From a virus (Duplodnaviria; Caudoviricetes), in the IMG/VR virus record IMGVR_UViG_3300028392_002123: a DNA stretch of 64,000 bases, one strand, 5' to 3'. Below are positions 8,654 through 18,444 of this stretch, one piece after another; positions within the stretch are counted from its first letter, which is position 1; each line of letters starts with the position of its first letter. The translations under genes and the position numbers were made by a program. The notes beneath the pieces were generated by a model. It was not told the origin of the DNA. It saw only the letters and a list, made by a program, of their open reading frames with translations, and made no database searches.

Positions 8654-8866
8654 TTAATTTTTAAAACCACCACCATCTAATTTAGAACTTGCTGTTTTTG
8701 ATTGATCTATAGACAATTTTTCTGTTGCGGTGATCAATAACGAATTTATTTCGTGCATTAATGCCACACTTTGATTGTAGTCTAGTGTAATAGACTTTTT
8801 ACCTAATTTAGCGGCCTGACTGACTAGACCGCTAAACTCTTTAATCTTCGATAATTCTTGCATCAC
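8654..8866 (-). CDS. Hypothetical protein
   Basis: 70 aa ORF overlapping the upstream gene end. Confidence 0.55.
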   Translation of the reverse strand: MMQELSKIKEFSGLVSQAAKLGKKSITLDYNQSVALMHEINSLLITATEKLSIDQSKTASSKLDGGGFKN

Positions 8867-9314
8867 GTTTTTGTTGCAGTACTAGTTTTAGATCAGTTTG
8901 ATTTTTATATGGACCAACTGATTCATAGGACTCAACTGTGGTCAATCTAGGACAAAAACTTTGCACCCAACCATTTTTAAACTTGACGCCATACCAACCA
9001 GCGGCATGTACACTTTTTGTATTTGCCTTTTTAGTAAAGCAGGGATAGTCATTGATCTTTTGTATGTTATAAACATCTTCTTGATCAGTAGGGTAACCCA
9101 TGACAGTCATTTGGCCGCCATGTGATAGATCTCTACCTGCAAATTCAATTTGATGTTTACGAAGCTCTTCGGTATTTGTTAGTACTAAGTCTTGTTTCCT
9201 TAGTTTAATAACATATTGACCATCGTATAAGTTCATCATGCCTACACGCGATCCGCTTTCTTCGAGGATCCAAAATTTTTCTTTAATAACCGGTTTTGCA
9301 ATAATCATATTCAT
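8841..9314 (-). CDS. Hypothetical protein
   Basis: 157 aa ORF coupled to the RNase H gene stop. Confidence 0.65.
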   Translation of the reverse strand: MNMIIAKPVIKEKFWILEESGSRVGMMNLYDGQYVIKLRKQDLVLTNTEELRKHQIEFAGRDLSHGGQMTVMGYPTDQEDVYNIQKINDYPCFTKKANTKSVHAAGWYGVKFKNGWVQSFCPRLTTVESYESVGPYKNQTDLKLVLQQKRDARIIED

Positions 9315-10300
9315 TTATAAGTTGCTCCTAGATAATCACTGTGCTCTGTCATTTTTTCTGCTACGGTTACTAAATCCCATTTACCGCAAAACTTTACAAA
9401 ATGTAATCCTACTTGTGATACTTTCGGCTTGTTAGTCACTTGACTAATAGTTTCGTCTAGAATAATTTTAATATCTTCAGGCTGTTGTGTCAAGTCTATT
9501 AGAGTTTTATTATGCAGATATCTGTCACGAACTCTGTGTTCGACACCATTATGGTCAACCCAACGTTGGAGCATGAGATTGTTCCAATTATATCCTTGTG
9601 CTAATCGATCTGCAAAGGCTTCACGGAGACCAACCTTATTTTTTGTGCCTTTTTCTCGTACTCCCGGATAAGCAGAGAAGACGTTGTCAGAGGTATCGCC
9701 TCGCATACACTTCTCAAATAGTAGCCACTCGGGGTCGGGAACTTCTTTTGCTTGCTTAGTTTTTTTGTCAATGACAGGACGATTTTTCTCATCAAAGACT
9801 CCTTCGAGTGTAGTTAGTTGTTTGGTAATTCCGTTGAACTGCCTTACATTGTGAGCCAGTAATTGATAAAAATCGCTGTCACTGCTGACAATGACATGTT
9901 CGTCATCGGGATGAGTCTGAATAAAACGTGCAATGAAATCATCAGCTTCGCATCTACCATTCTGTAGTATAGTGCAATTAGATTTCTTTTCAAAGAATTC
10001 TTTGAGCTCGTCAAAGGCCTGCCAAAAGATTCGATCTTCTTCTGCTTCCTTGGGTGTAAGTGCCGCACGGGCGGCCGCACGGTTTGCCTTATAATTGACG
10101 TCGTAGTCTTTGCGCCAGCTACGACCTTCGAGACAGATTACAACATGACTACCTTTAAAATCACGCCATACTTTATTGATACTGTTAAACATGATATGAT
10201 ATGCCATACCAACTTTAGTTTCTGGATCCTCGCCTCTAACTACGTGCCTAGCACGAAAAAACATATTAGCGGCGTCTACTAGCAAAAATGTTCTAGACAT
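9311..10300 (-). CDS. rnh: T4-type RNase H / 5'-3' exonuclease (FEN family)
   Basis: LLVDAAN, CLEGRSWRK, YKANR, CEADD, VIVSSDSDF, GDTSDNV. Confidence 0.92.
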   Translation of the reverse strand: MSRTFLLVDAANMFFRARHVVRGEDPETKVGMAYHIMFNSINKVWRDFKGSHVVICLEGRSWRKDYDVNYKANRAAARAALTPKEAEEDRIFWQAFDELKEFFEKKSNCTILQNGRCEADDFIARFIQTHPDDEHVIVSSDSDFYQLLAHNVRQFNGITKQLTTLEGVFDEKNRPVIDKKTKQAKEVPDPEWLLFEKCMRGDTSDNVFSAYPGVREKGTKNKVGLREAFADRLAQGYNWNNLMLQRWVDHNGVEHRVRDRYLHNKTLIDLTQQPEDIKIILDETISQVTNKPKVSQVGLHFVKFCGKWDLVTVAEKMTEHSDYLGATYK

Positions 10301-10499
10301 TCAAATAGCTTTCAATTATATTGTTATCGATTTTTTCTTTAAATGCTAAAGAAAATTGTTGTTGTAATTCCATAAAATGTACATATTCTACAACTGTTAG
10401 CAGTATTTCATGGATAGTTTCGCCATTTATAAATTCTAAAAGAATATGGCTGTCGTCGATCCATTTAGTACTAAAAGTCCAATTTACACTTAATGTCAT
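10293..10499 (-). CDS. Hypothetical protein
   Basis: Directly downstream of the perfect promoter at 10505-10533. Confidence 0.55.
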   Translation of the reverse strand: MTLSVNWTFSTKWIDDSHILLEFINGETIHEILLTVVEYVHFMELQQQFSLAFKEKIDNNIIESYLNV

Positions 10500-10504
10500 C
10501 GCTT

Positions 10505-10533
10505 ATTATACAATAATTGTTATTTCTTGTCAA
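10505..10533 (-). promoter_or_regulatory. Sigma70-type promoter TTGACA-N17-TATAAT
   Basis: Perfect consensus, 17-nt spacer. Confidence 0.85.
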
Positions 10534-10852
10534 CGGTTTTTTTGCTTCGTTTTTTTGGTAAAACTTCAGCATCGGCAACAAATTTTGATTCTTCTACTTG
10601 TTGTTGTGCAATACTTCCGCACAATTCGGTAAACCAAGAATCTACAATTTCTTCTGTGGTTGCACCTGCATATCCATGCGACATCAAAAATTTGACAAAC
10701 GCAGGATTCCATTCTAATTCCATAAAGCCCTGTTTTGGATCGCTACTATCCACATTGGTCTTAACAACATTTACCCATGGCACGTTTTCATCTTCGGGCA
10801 TGGGATTTGGTAATTCTTTTTTACCAAACAAGTTTTTTATAAAGTTTTTCAT
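10520..10852 (-). CDS. Hypothetical phage protein
   Basis: 110 aa ORF with ATGA-type coupling. Confidence 0.65.
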   Translation of the reverse strand: MKNFIKNLFGKKELPNPMPEDENVPWVNVVKTNVDSSDPKQGFMELEWNPAFVKFLMSHGYAGATTEEIVDSWFTELCGSIAQQQVEESKFVADAEVLPKKRSKKTVDKK

Positions 10853-11070
10853 ACGATTTTACCTAATCCCAAATAAATCAATTGATCCAATTCAGCTTGG
10901 TAGTCTTTACCTAGCCTGCGTTTTTCGTAGATTGCCTGTAGCACTCCTTGACCGTCGCCATAGTCAGTAGCACCGGCACCGCGACTTTCTAATTCTTCAA
11001 CGAGATCATCTGTATCAAATTCTGACAAGTCAACATCTACTTCAACTTCTGTGTAAATTGTTTTATACAT
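10849..11070 (-). CDS. Small acidic hypothetical protein
   Basis: 73 aa; TAATG coupling to the upstream small ORF. Confidence 0.65.
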   Translation of the reverse strand: MYKTIYTEVEVDVDLSEFDTDDLVEELESRGAGATDYGDGQGVLQAIYEKRRLGKDYQAELDQLIYLGLGKIV

Positions 11071-11237
11071 TAAACTATTTCCTCAACAATGCCTAAAATT
11101 TCTGCCATTATCAAACAGAAGCCAGCCATAAGTAAGTTGCCCTGGATCAAACAGCCCCCGGCACCGATACGAATAATACTCTTTACAAGACTCACATAAA
11201 AATGTCCACGGCTTGTATCTTTAGGTTGTATATCCAT
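11070..11237 (-). CDS. Small membrane protein (55 aa, absent from supplied ORF track)
   Basis: MDIQPKDTSRGHFYVSLVKSIIRIGAGGCLIQGNLLMAGFCLIMAEILGIVEEIV; TAATG overlaps at both ends fill the gap exactly. Confidence 0.7.
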   Translation of the reverse strand: MDIQPKDTSRGHFYVSLVKSIIRIGAGGCLIQGNLLMAGFCLIMAEILGIVEEIV

Positions 11238-11581
11238 TAAAGTTTCTCCAAATCATTGACTGTAGACTTAATAGTTTCAGCAAGATTTAATGCTGATTGT
11301 TTTTTTAAAATTAAACTATGTTGATCTTCTCTGTAGCCGTGTATCAATATATCCCAGGCCGATTTGATTCTACTAAATCCTTCTTTCCAAAAGGGTGTGG
11401 TTGTATTAACATAAAATGTTAAAGTGATATCTTTAGTTTCATTGTCACCTTCTGCTTCAATCCACATGTGTATCGAATGGTCAGGATCAGTACAATCGCA
11501 GGCTATGGTATATGTTTTGGCATCGACATAGTCTGCATTTAACATTATGCCTTGTGCTGGTTTTTCTGAGGTCATACACAC
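11237..11581 (-). CDS. Hypothetical protein (CDC..H motif)
   Basis: 114 aa ORF. Confidence 0.6.
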   Translation of the reverse strand: MCMTSEKPAQGIMLNADYVDAKTYTIACDCTDPDHSIHMWIEAEGDNETKDITLTFYVNTTTPFWKEGFSRIKSAWDILIHGYREDQHSLILKKQSALNLAETIKSTVNDLEKL

Positions 11582-11781
11582 GTACTTAAAAAGTTATGCA
11601 GTCTTTCCACTGCTTCATCAAAGTTAACAGCGAATACTTTTGCAGTAATCGTTCCATCGGAAACACTCATGTCAAAAGGAACTAGACCGTTAAATCTAAA
11701 TTCATTGGGTAGTTCGGTTACTACAGTAAATTCTTGTAACATCTTTGCTCTGTTGATAATATCATCTACTATATCATTCAT
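11572..11781 (-). CDS. Hypothetical protein
   Basis: 69 aa ORF immediately after queE. Confidence 0.55.
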   Translation of the reverse strand: MNDIVDDIINRAKMLQEFTVVTELPNEFRFNGLVPFDMSVSDGTITAKVFAVNFDEAVERLHNFLSTCV

Positions 11782-11782
11782 T

Positions 11783-12643
11783 TTATTTTCCCCATCCGTT
11801 AGACCATATGTCTACATGTAATCGTGGACTATATCTATAACCACGTGCCAGTGCTTCGTCTGCAATATGTTTAGTATTACTAAAATATGCTTGGTCGGTT
11901 CCGCCCACAGGCATAACATATACTTGACCTACAAAACCTGCACGTCTATATTCAGATACTGCTTGATTGACTTCTTCAAAGTCTTCTTGCTTGTCTATGA
12001 CAAATTTTAAATACGCATAACCACGTTGTTGATACTCCATGACAACATCTGGTTTAATAGCATCTTGCCAAGATTCGCCACTGGCACTGAGTTTGGGACT
12101 AACACTGAATGTAAGTTGATCTCTGCTTAGATGGTAGTCATTGAGTAAGAAACGTCTAAAGTCGTCGTGTAAATGTTGAGTACCATTTGTTTCAAATGTA
12201 AGATTACGTAGATCCATCATTCTGGGATGACTTAATAAGCTGGGATAAAGTTGTTGCCAACCTAGCAATGGTTCGCCGCCTGTGACAACAAGATGTACAT
12301 CATTGCCGTTAGTTTGTACCCACTTGTGATTAGGTGTTAGCTTTAACATTTCTTCCACTGCTTCATCGATACTGTAGTATGGACTTAGATGTTTAAAAGA
12401 TGGATGCCAACTAGCATAACTATCACAACCAGTTTGTGATAGTGGCAGATCCATAAAAGTTTTATATAAATGAACACGAGCTCCGATATCATCGGGTTCT
12501 GTGGTCTTTTCACCTGCAGGTAATCCAAAGCCCGCACATTTAAAGTTACAGCCGAATGTACGAAAGAACACACTGGGTACACCAATAAAGCGACCTTCTC
12601 CTTGTGCGCTGTAAAAAATTTCACTTACTTTAATTTTATCCAT
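11783..12643 (-). CDS. queE: 7-carboxy-7-deazaguanine synthase (radical SAM)
   Basis: KVSEIFYSAQGEG, FFRTFGCNFKC...CD, VVTGGEPL, TFETNG, SVSPKL, RYSPRLHV. Confidence 0.92.
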   Translation of the reverse strand: MDKIKVSEIFYSAQGEGRFIGVPSVFFRTFGCNFKCAGFGLPAGEKTTEPDDIGARVHLYKTFMDLPLSQTGCDSYASWHPSFKHLSPYYSIDEAVEEMLKLTPNHKWVQTNGNDVHLVVTGGEPLLGWQQLYPSLLSHPRMMDLRNLTFETNGTQHLHDDFRRFLLNDYHLSRDQLTFSVSPKLSASGESWQDAIKPDVVMEYQQRGYAYLKFVIDKQEDFEEVNQAVSEYRRAGFVGQVYVMPVGGTDQAYFSNTKHIADEALARGYRYSPRLHVDIWSNGWGK

Positions 12644-12872
12644 AATTTAATCCCGATGTATGTCCTTTAAGTTTATTTCCGTATTTTAACACAAGTAAAC
12701 ATTCTAAGTCAACAGTGATATCACCTTCTATTTTGTACCAATCAGATTCTTCTGGGTCGGAAAATTTATCGTACATACTTTGAATTGTACAGTTAGAAAA
12801 ATTATCTTTTAACCAATATTCTAACTGTTTGTATTCCCAAAAGTTTAGATATATCAACTGCTGACTCTTCAT
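12636..12872 (-). CDS. Hypothetical protein
   Basis: 78 aa coupled ORF. Confidence 0.55.
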   Translation of the reverse strand: MKSQQLIYLNFWEYKQLEYWLKDNFSNCTIQSMYDKFSDPEESDWYKIEGDITVDLECLLVLKYGNKLKGHTSGLNYG

Positions 12873-13150
12873 TTGCTTTCTGTGTCAAATATGTTAGACC
12901 ATTTTTTAAGTTTTTCTTTCTTTTCGATCTTAGCTTTATTTAGGTCTAGAATATTTAAAACGTTCTGTTCAATTAAGATGTCGATCATAGCAAGAACATC
13001 TCCTACTTCGCGTTCTAACATTTTATTATGTGGTATACCTTCTTTATAATGTAGTGTATCGATGCCAAATCTACGTATCTTACTAACTTCTACAATTACT
13101 TCAGCACATTCTTCTTGTAGAATGCCCAGAGCTTCTTCAATTTTATTCAT
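12869..13150 (-). CDS. MazG-like NTP pyrophosphohydrolase
   Basis: LQEECAEVIVEVSK ... LEREVGDVLAMI; ATGA-coupled start at 13150. Confidence 0.75.
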   Translation of the reverse strand: MNKIEEALGILQEECAEVIVEVSKIRRFGIDTLHYKEGIPHNKMLEREVGDVLAMIDILIEQNVLNILDLNKAKIEKKEKLKKWSNIFDTESK

Positions 13151-13494
13151 TTCTTTAGTTCTTCCATGAGCCAATCCTGTGCCGCATCTCTGACAAAGGG
13201 ATATTTTTTTGCTACTTCATCATCTTTGGACATTTCCATTATTAGTTTTTTCATTACTTTAACAGTCATCATCCAATCTTCTACTGATATTGTATTGCCG
13301 CTAGCACTTTTAATAGTACCATCAACGTTGAAAATAAGAACTGGGTCGGGATTACCGATTTGTATAGCATTTGTGGGACTGGTTGACCATACCGGCTTAG
13401 ATCCATTTGAACTCATGTATAAACCAGATGAACCCACAGCACCTGCAGAATTTACAGGAATAGCACCGTATCCTGGATGTATGTTTGTAGACAT
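13147..13494 (-). CDS. Hypothetical protein
   Basis: 115 aa coupled ORF. Confidence 0.6.
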   Translation of the reverse strand: MSTNIHPGYGAIPVNSAGAVGSSGLYMSSNGSKPVWSTSPTNAIQIGNPDPVLIFNVDGTIKSASGNTISVEDWMMTVKVMKKLIMEMSKDDEVAKKYPFVRDAAQDWLMEELKK

Positions 13495-14258
13495 TATCTA
13501 GGAGCAAATTCTTGTTGCATTTTGATATTGTCAAAGAATTCTTTCTTAGCACCGGGATCAGTTTTAAAGGATCCTTGTAATACTGTGGTCTGTGTTAGAC
13601 TAGAGTGTGCCATAATGCCACGATTCTCACAGCACCCGTGTGTGGCTTGAATGTATACACCTAAGTTTTCTGCTCCAGTGGCTTTTTGGATTTCCCTAGC
13701 AATGTCATTACAAAGTTCCTCTTGGAGTGTACCTCGTCTAGCACACCACTGAGCAATGCGAGTATACTTAGACAAACCAATGAGCTTCTCGGCAGCAATG
13801 ATTCCAATGTATGCAACTCCGCTAACTGGTTGATGATGATGGCTACACATACTGCGAAGCTCACTACGGACCACAAGCATACCTTCATAACGATCCGCGC
13901 TGTCATTTGGAAACGCTGTTGCGTCTGGTGCTGGTTCATATCTTCCTGCCATTATTTCATTGAAGTACATCTTGGCAAGTCGTCTTGCTGTGCCTTTACT
14001 ATTGGGATCGTTCTCCCTATCAATAAGCAAACGATCTAGCACTAATTCAAATGCTTCTGTTGCTTCGTCGATAAGACGTTCCTTTTGTTCCTCGTCAACG
14101 TATTCGCTGATATTGTCTCCTGCCCAGAAACGTTTACCTTCACGTTTCATTTTGAAACGTAGATGATCTCCAAGGTATGCTTCTTCGTAGCCTTTGTCAT
14201 CGTCGCCCTGCATGTCTGCACCTGCAAGTATATTTTTAAGTGTTAGTGGTTCAGTCAT
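13494..14258 (-). CDS. folE: GTP cyclohydrolase I
   Basis: TARRLAKMY, SMCSHHHQP, GLSKYTRI, LQEEL, HGCCENRG. Confidence 0.96.
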   Translation of the reverse strand: MTEPLTLKNILAGADMQGDDDKGYEEAYLGDHLRFKMKREGKRFWAGDNISEYVDEEQKERLIDEATEAFELVLDRLLIDRENDPNSKGTARRLAKMYFNEIMAGRYEPAPDATAFPNDSADRYEGMLVVRSELRSMCSHHHQPVSGVAYIGIIAAEKLIGLSKYTRIAQWCARRGTLQEELCNDIAREIQKATGAENLGVYIQATHGCCENRGIMAHSSLTQTTVLQGSFKTDPGAKKEFFDNIKMQQEFAPR

Positions 14259-14275
14259 TTGTATTCCTTTGTTAT

Positions 14276-14304
14276 ATTGTATAGTGTTATTTAGGTTCTG
14301 TCAA
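14276..14304 (-). promoter_or_regulatory. Sigma70-type promoter TTGACA-N17-TACAAT
   Basis: Upstream of folE ATG. Confidence 0.75.
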
Positions 14305-15096
14305 GCGTAAAATAAGGTTGGTTTTAACTGCTGTGTCCAATACTGATAGATCTTTTTCCATCGTTTCTGCATACTTTAATAATGCACTAGTATCTTTTGG
14401 AAAACACATACCGCCAAAACCAAAACTACCATCAGGTCCTGGAACTCGCATATGACTATCTCCAATACGTGCATCTTGTTTAATTAAATTTGAAACAACA
14501 TCATAGTTCAATCCAGCTTTATTAGCTAATTGATACAGCTCATTCATAAAAATTACTTTGGTAGCTAGGAAACTATTAATAGCATATTTGGCCAATGCGG
14601 CATCACCGATGCTACAAAATTTAACGGTTTCTAAATTTTTCTGTGACATTCTTATAATACGCTCGGCTTCATGGCGATATGCAGAAACTGCGCCGCCAAT
14701 GATGGCAAACTTACCATTGATATAATCTTCAAAGGCATTGGCCGCTGTTAAGAATTCAGGAGCATGAACTAAGTTAATATATTGTTCTTGCAGTCTTTGA
14801 TAAACATTGGGCGGAGCAGTGACTTTACTGATAATAACTCCGTTAAAGTTGACCTGTGTTAATTTAGCTAATACATTTTCTAAAATACTAGTATCTGCTG
14901 TTCCATCTGGTCCTTGCGGACTAGGCACACATACAAATACTGCATCATAATTTTGAATATCATTATATGATGCCATCCATCCTTTTGCTGTGTCGATTGC
15001 TACTAAATCAATATTCTGACCAATGTTTAGTTTGATTGATTCGTATATAGTGCCACCAACAAACCCCATACCTATAACTGCTATTTTTGTTGTCAT
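14287..15096 (-). CDS. UDP-glucose/GDP-mannose dehydrogenase family protein
   Basis: IAVIGMGFVG, FVCVPSP, SKVTAPP, PEFL, KYAINSFLATKV, GFGGMCFPKD; lacks the C-terminal UDP-binding domain. Confidence 0.88.
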   Translation of the reverse strand: MTTKIAVIGMGFVGGTIYESIKLNIGQNIDLVAIDTAKGWMASYNDIQNYDAVFVCVPSPQGPDGTADTSILENVLAKLTQVNFNGVIISKVTAPPNVYQRLQEQYINLVHAPEFLTAANAFEDYINGKFAIIGGAVSAYRHEAERIIRMSQKNLETVKFCSIGDAALAKYAINSFLATKVIFMNELYQLANKAGLNYDVVSNLIKQDARIGDSHMRVPGPDGSFGFGGMCFPKDTSALLKYAETMEKDLSVLDTAVKTNLILRLTEPK

Positions 15097-15563
15097 TTTA
15101 ATTCTTTAATCATTTCTGCTTGTGCTACACGTTTGCGTAAGTTGCTACTGGAAAACGAATGATCTCTGCCATTGAATACTAATTCAATTCCGCGCATTCC
15201 ACACTCTTCCATGCCTGAAAAGTTTTTCTGTTGGTATTCTACACCCAGTACACGAACGTCAACCGGAAGTATCAATAATAAGTCAATGAGATCTTGTTCT
15301 GTTTGATATACAACAACTTCATCCACATAACGGCAAGCGGCCAACTGTATTTGTCTCTCTACAATACTTTGAACAGGAGGATTTTTACTATCGGGTCTAT
15401 CAATAGTTGGATCTGTTTGCAGGCCTGCAATTAAATAATCACAGTGATTCTTTGCTTCTGCTAACATGGCAATATGACCTGCATGTAGCAAATCAAATGT
15501 ACTAAAGGTAATACCTATTTTTTTACCTGCTTCTTTTAACTGTCTTACTTTATTAAATATCAT
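15093..15563 (-). CDS. TagD-like CTP-dependent cytidylyltransferase
   Basis: TFSTFDLLHAGH, LIAGLQTD, ERQIQLAACRYVDEV, SSS. Confidence 0.88.
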   Translation of the reverse strand: MIFNKVRQLKEAGKKIGITFSTFDLLHAGHIAMLAEAKNHCDYLIAGLQTDPTIDRPDSKNPPVQSIVERQIQLAACRYVDEVVVYQTEQDLIDLLLILPVDVRVLGVEYQQKNFSGMEECGMRGIELVFNGRDHSFSSSNLRKRVAQAEMIKELK

Positions 15564-15946
15564 GGTGAATTAGATTGTAAATTTTGATATTCTTCGGTGC
15601 TATTATCCTGCCCGGGCCCTGCTTTTACAAGTTCTTTAATAAATGTGTAATGCTTATGCGCCTCGTCTAATGCAGGATATTTACTGCAAAGAATCTTTAG
15701 TTCTTCTTCTTCCTGCATTTTTTTCATTACCCAATGTCCGATAACATTTATATCATAAGCACCGGCATTATGCTGTATTTGTATAGTATTATCTATTCGC
15801 TGCCACCCACCGTTGCCGCCTGTACTAACTTCAAAACACTTATTAGCACCATTCCATTGAACAGCGCCGGTGATACTAGGTAAATTATAGCTAGTGTCCG
15901 TTTGATACCAATTAGGAGAGGTTCCGTAGCTTTGTATTTTAATCAT
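15560..15946 (-). CDS. Hypothetical protein
   Basis: 128 aa coupled ORF. Confidence 0.6.
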   Translation of the reverse strand: MIKIQSYGTSPNWYQTDTSYNLPSITGAVQWNGANKCFEVSTGGNGGWQRIDNTIQIQHNAGAYDINVIGHWVMKKMQEEEELKILCSKYPALDEAHKHYTFIKELVKAGPGQDNSTEEYQNLQSNSP

Positions 15947-17040
15947 TTAATTCTTTCTAACAAGACTTTGGCAGAAAAGAAGTTTTCGGTTAAGTCTTGT
16001 GTTTGTTTTTTGATATATGATAAGCGAGTGTTATAATAATCCATGTGAGTCATAATAGCGCGACATAGATCTAGACGATATACTGTATACGCATCATAAC
16101 TTTCAGTCCACTTACTGGGATATTTAAACATGTCTGTGTACATTTCACTATAGCTTAATCTATCTGGGACAAATGGTATAGCATCAACTACCGCACCTTC
16201 ATAGCAACTAATGCCTAAAGTTTCTTGTAGATTCGCACTGAACACTAACTTGGCTTGACCTAATAAAGAATGATATTCGTCTTTGGTTAATTGCTTGTCT
16301 TGGCAAACAACAAATTCATACTGCGGTAAGTGTGTAGCTAAGTCTCGAAAAATCTCAACTTGCTTCTCTGGTGCGATGCGATGCGGGAAAAGAATTAGGT
16401 CACGTTTAACTATGCCTTTATAAGGAGCCAACGTGTCCTGCATATACTCCATAGGCCAACCTGTGCGTACAAATCTAGGATCTTCACCTTTTAAGATTTC
16501 ATCTAGATGTTCGCTGAACCAAGGATTTTCTGTAGGATAATCATTTAACAGATTAGTATAAAACATTGTAACGTGAAAGTCAGTGGCAAAGTAATTATGA
16601 TCAAACGCCGAAAAGAAACTTTTCTCAGCGTGTCTGACCCAAGGCTTATCTCCGACTAAGCGTCCAAGAAAGTCTTGAGGATCATAACTGCCAGCATGCC
16701 ATAAGCCATGTGTAGTTACTGGAATGCCCAGCAACTCGCTCATATACTTTAAGTTTATGATACCTGGATGCCAAGCATCGGTAAAGATAAAATGATCGCC
16801 AGCCTTGACGGATCCTGCACAAAAAAGTCTTCCAAGCTGTTCAACTTGGCTTGCCTTATAGATATTAGTACCCCCAAAATTAAGAAATGCACCAGGAGTA
16901 GTGGCTGTAGGAATATCGCTAGGGCCCGAGATAATTTGAACATTATGTCCTTCTTTCTTTAGTAATTCAGGTACGTGAGTTTTCCACTGCCCTGTATAAC
17001 GTGTGTCAACTGCTTCTAAATCAACTAGAAATATTGTCAT
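15943..17040 (-). CDS. GT-B glycosyltransferase (GT4-like)
   Basis: Start MTIFLVDLE at 17040; ILFPHRIAPEKQ; ETLGISCYEG (Ex7E-like); FVPDRLSYSEM. Confidence 0.82.
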   Translation of the reverse strand: MTIFLVDLEAVDTRYTGQWKTHVPELLKKEGHNVQIISGPSDIPTATTPGAFLNFGGTNIYKASQVEQLGRLFCAGSVKAGDHFIFTDAWHPGIINLKYMSELLGIPVTTHGLWHAGSYDPQDFLGRLVGDKPWVRHAEKSFFSAFDHNYFATDFHVTMFYTNLLNDYPTENPWFSEHLDEILKGEDPRFVRTGWPMEYMQDTLAPYKGIVKRDLILFPHRIAPEKQVEIFRDLATHLPQYEFVVCQDKQLTKDEYHSLLGQAKLVFSANLQETLGISCYEGAVVDAIPFVPDRLSYSEMYTDMFKYPSKWTESYDAYTVYRLDLCRAIMTHMDYYNTRLSYIKKQTQDLTENFFSAKVLLERIK

Positions 17041-17557
17041 CGATTTCAGTGTCCTGTGTGTATTGATCCCAATAGGTAAAAGTTTTTGCGGACATAAGAT
17101 CATGTAACTGATGAGTCCATACGCCTGCATTAGTTGCACCCCATGTACGATCATCCAACTTAATTGTAGCATTGTAATTAAATTGATTAATGTAAGGTAA
17201 TTTTACACTGATCATAGGAACAAACCTATTGCGTTCGTTTAAGCCACTTTCAAGTAGTCCTTCTGCCTGTGCAACATCTAGATCTAATGTACACCAATAA
17301 TCTGCATCGAGACATCCGTAGATCATCAATTCCCATTTGGCCCAATCACCGCCATTATTGACAGTGATGTCGGGGAAACTTTGACTAGTACCAAAATATA
17401 TATGTTGAACTTTGTGTTCTTCGGCTAATTTAAGAATCTCTTGTACTGGCTGAACTCCTACCACGAACAATGTTAGCATACCATAGCAACGAGTATGTTC
17501 GACTTCATAGCCTGTAAAATATTTAACACCCTGTCGTTCTTCTGTGTTTAATCCCAT
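17021..17557 (-). CDS. Conserved-looking hypothetical phage protein
   Basis: 178 aa, YFTGYEVEHT; embedded in the modification locus. Confidence 0.7.
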   Translation of the reverse strand: MGLNTEERQGVKYFTGYEVEHTRCYGMLTLFVVGVQPVQEILKLAEEHKVQHIYFGTSQSFPDITVNNGGDWAKWELMIYGCLDADYWCTLDLDVAQAEGLLESGLNERNRFVPMISVKLPYINQFNYNATIKLDDRTWGATNAGVWTHQLHDLMSAKTFTYWDQYTQDTEIDDNISS

Positions 17558-18444
17558 TTGATATATCCTCTGCTGTAATTATTTGGACGATTTGCACCAT
17601 CTGCAAATGCCTGTTGCCATTCTGAATCTCTATTATAGCCTTTTGTCCAAAAACTGTCAACATCGATATCACCGTTTGTAATCCATTGCTCGGCATCTTT
17701 CATACATTGATAAAAGCGATCTGTGCGTGGACTTGGAAAGATCATTGTACAAGCTTTCCAAAGTAAATTACTAAAGTCTGTTGTAACTGTTTTCTGTGCG
17801 CCAAATACTACTAATGCTTCGTTGTTTAAAATGTCTGCATCAAAAATATCTGCACGACTACTTAGATCAATGACAACATCAAAGCGACCATTATAAGCCG
17901 GTGTCGATCTATCTTGCCATAAATCTTTGTTACTGTTACCGACTACTGTGACTTCAAAATCTAGATGATTAAGTTTAATAGTATTATAAGCAACCCATGC
18001 TAGAAAGCCACTGCCGATAATTAGTAGTCGACGACCAGGTCCACTGCGTTCTGCAATTTCACGAATAGGTTGCATTACTACATTCACACCACAGGCCACA
18101 GGTTCTAGGATATAACGAGGATGTGCTTCTGGTACTTTTACATATTCTTTGTTTTTAGCCACATACTGATCTGCGTATGCAGGTTCACCGCGTGTGGCCA
18201 CATAGTCTCCTGCAACCACATCAATGACTTTAGGACCGGTTCTAATTACTCGGCCTAGACCTTCGTGTCCTTGCATGTGCAATGGTAATGGTCCAAAATT
18301 GCCCATCATCATATCAATGTCACTGCGACATACACCTGTCATCACAGATTGTACAAATATTTCATCTTCTTTTAAAAATGCCGGAACATCATATACGCTC
18401 TCGACAAACAATCCATTTCCTGTTGTGGCTAATACTCTGTTCAT
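17548..18444 (-). CDS. Medium-chain (Zn-type) alcohol/sugar dehydrogenase
   Basis: GVCRSD, GHEGLG, GDYV, LEPVAC, LLIIGSG; ATGA-coupled start at 18444. Confidence 0.85.
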   Translation of the reverse strand: MNRVLATTGNGLFVESVYDVPAFLKEDEIFVQSVMTGVCRSDIDMMMGNFGPLPLHMQGHEGLGRVIRTGPKVIDVVAGDYVATRGEPAYADQYVAKNKEYVKVPEAHPRYILEPVACGVNVVMQPIREIAERSGPGRRLLIIGSGFLAWVAYNTIKLNHLDFEVTVVGNSNKDLWQDRSTPAYNGRFDVVIDLSSRADIFDADILNNEALVVFGAQKTVTTDFSNLLWKACTMIFPSPRTDRFYQCMKDAEQWITNGDIDVDSFWTKGYNRDSEWQQAFADGANRPNNYSRGYIKWD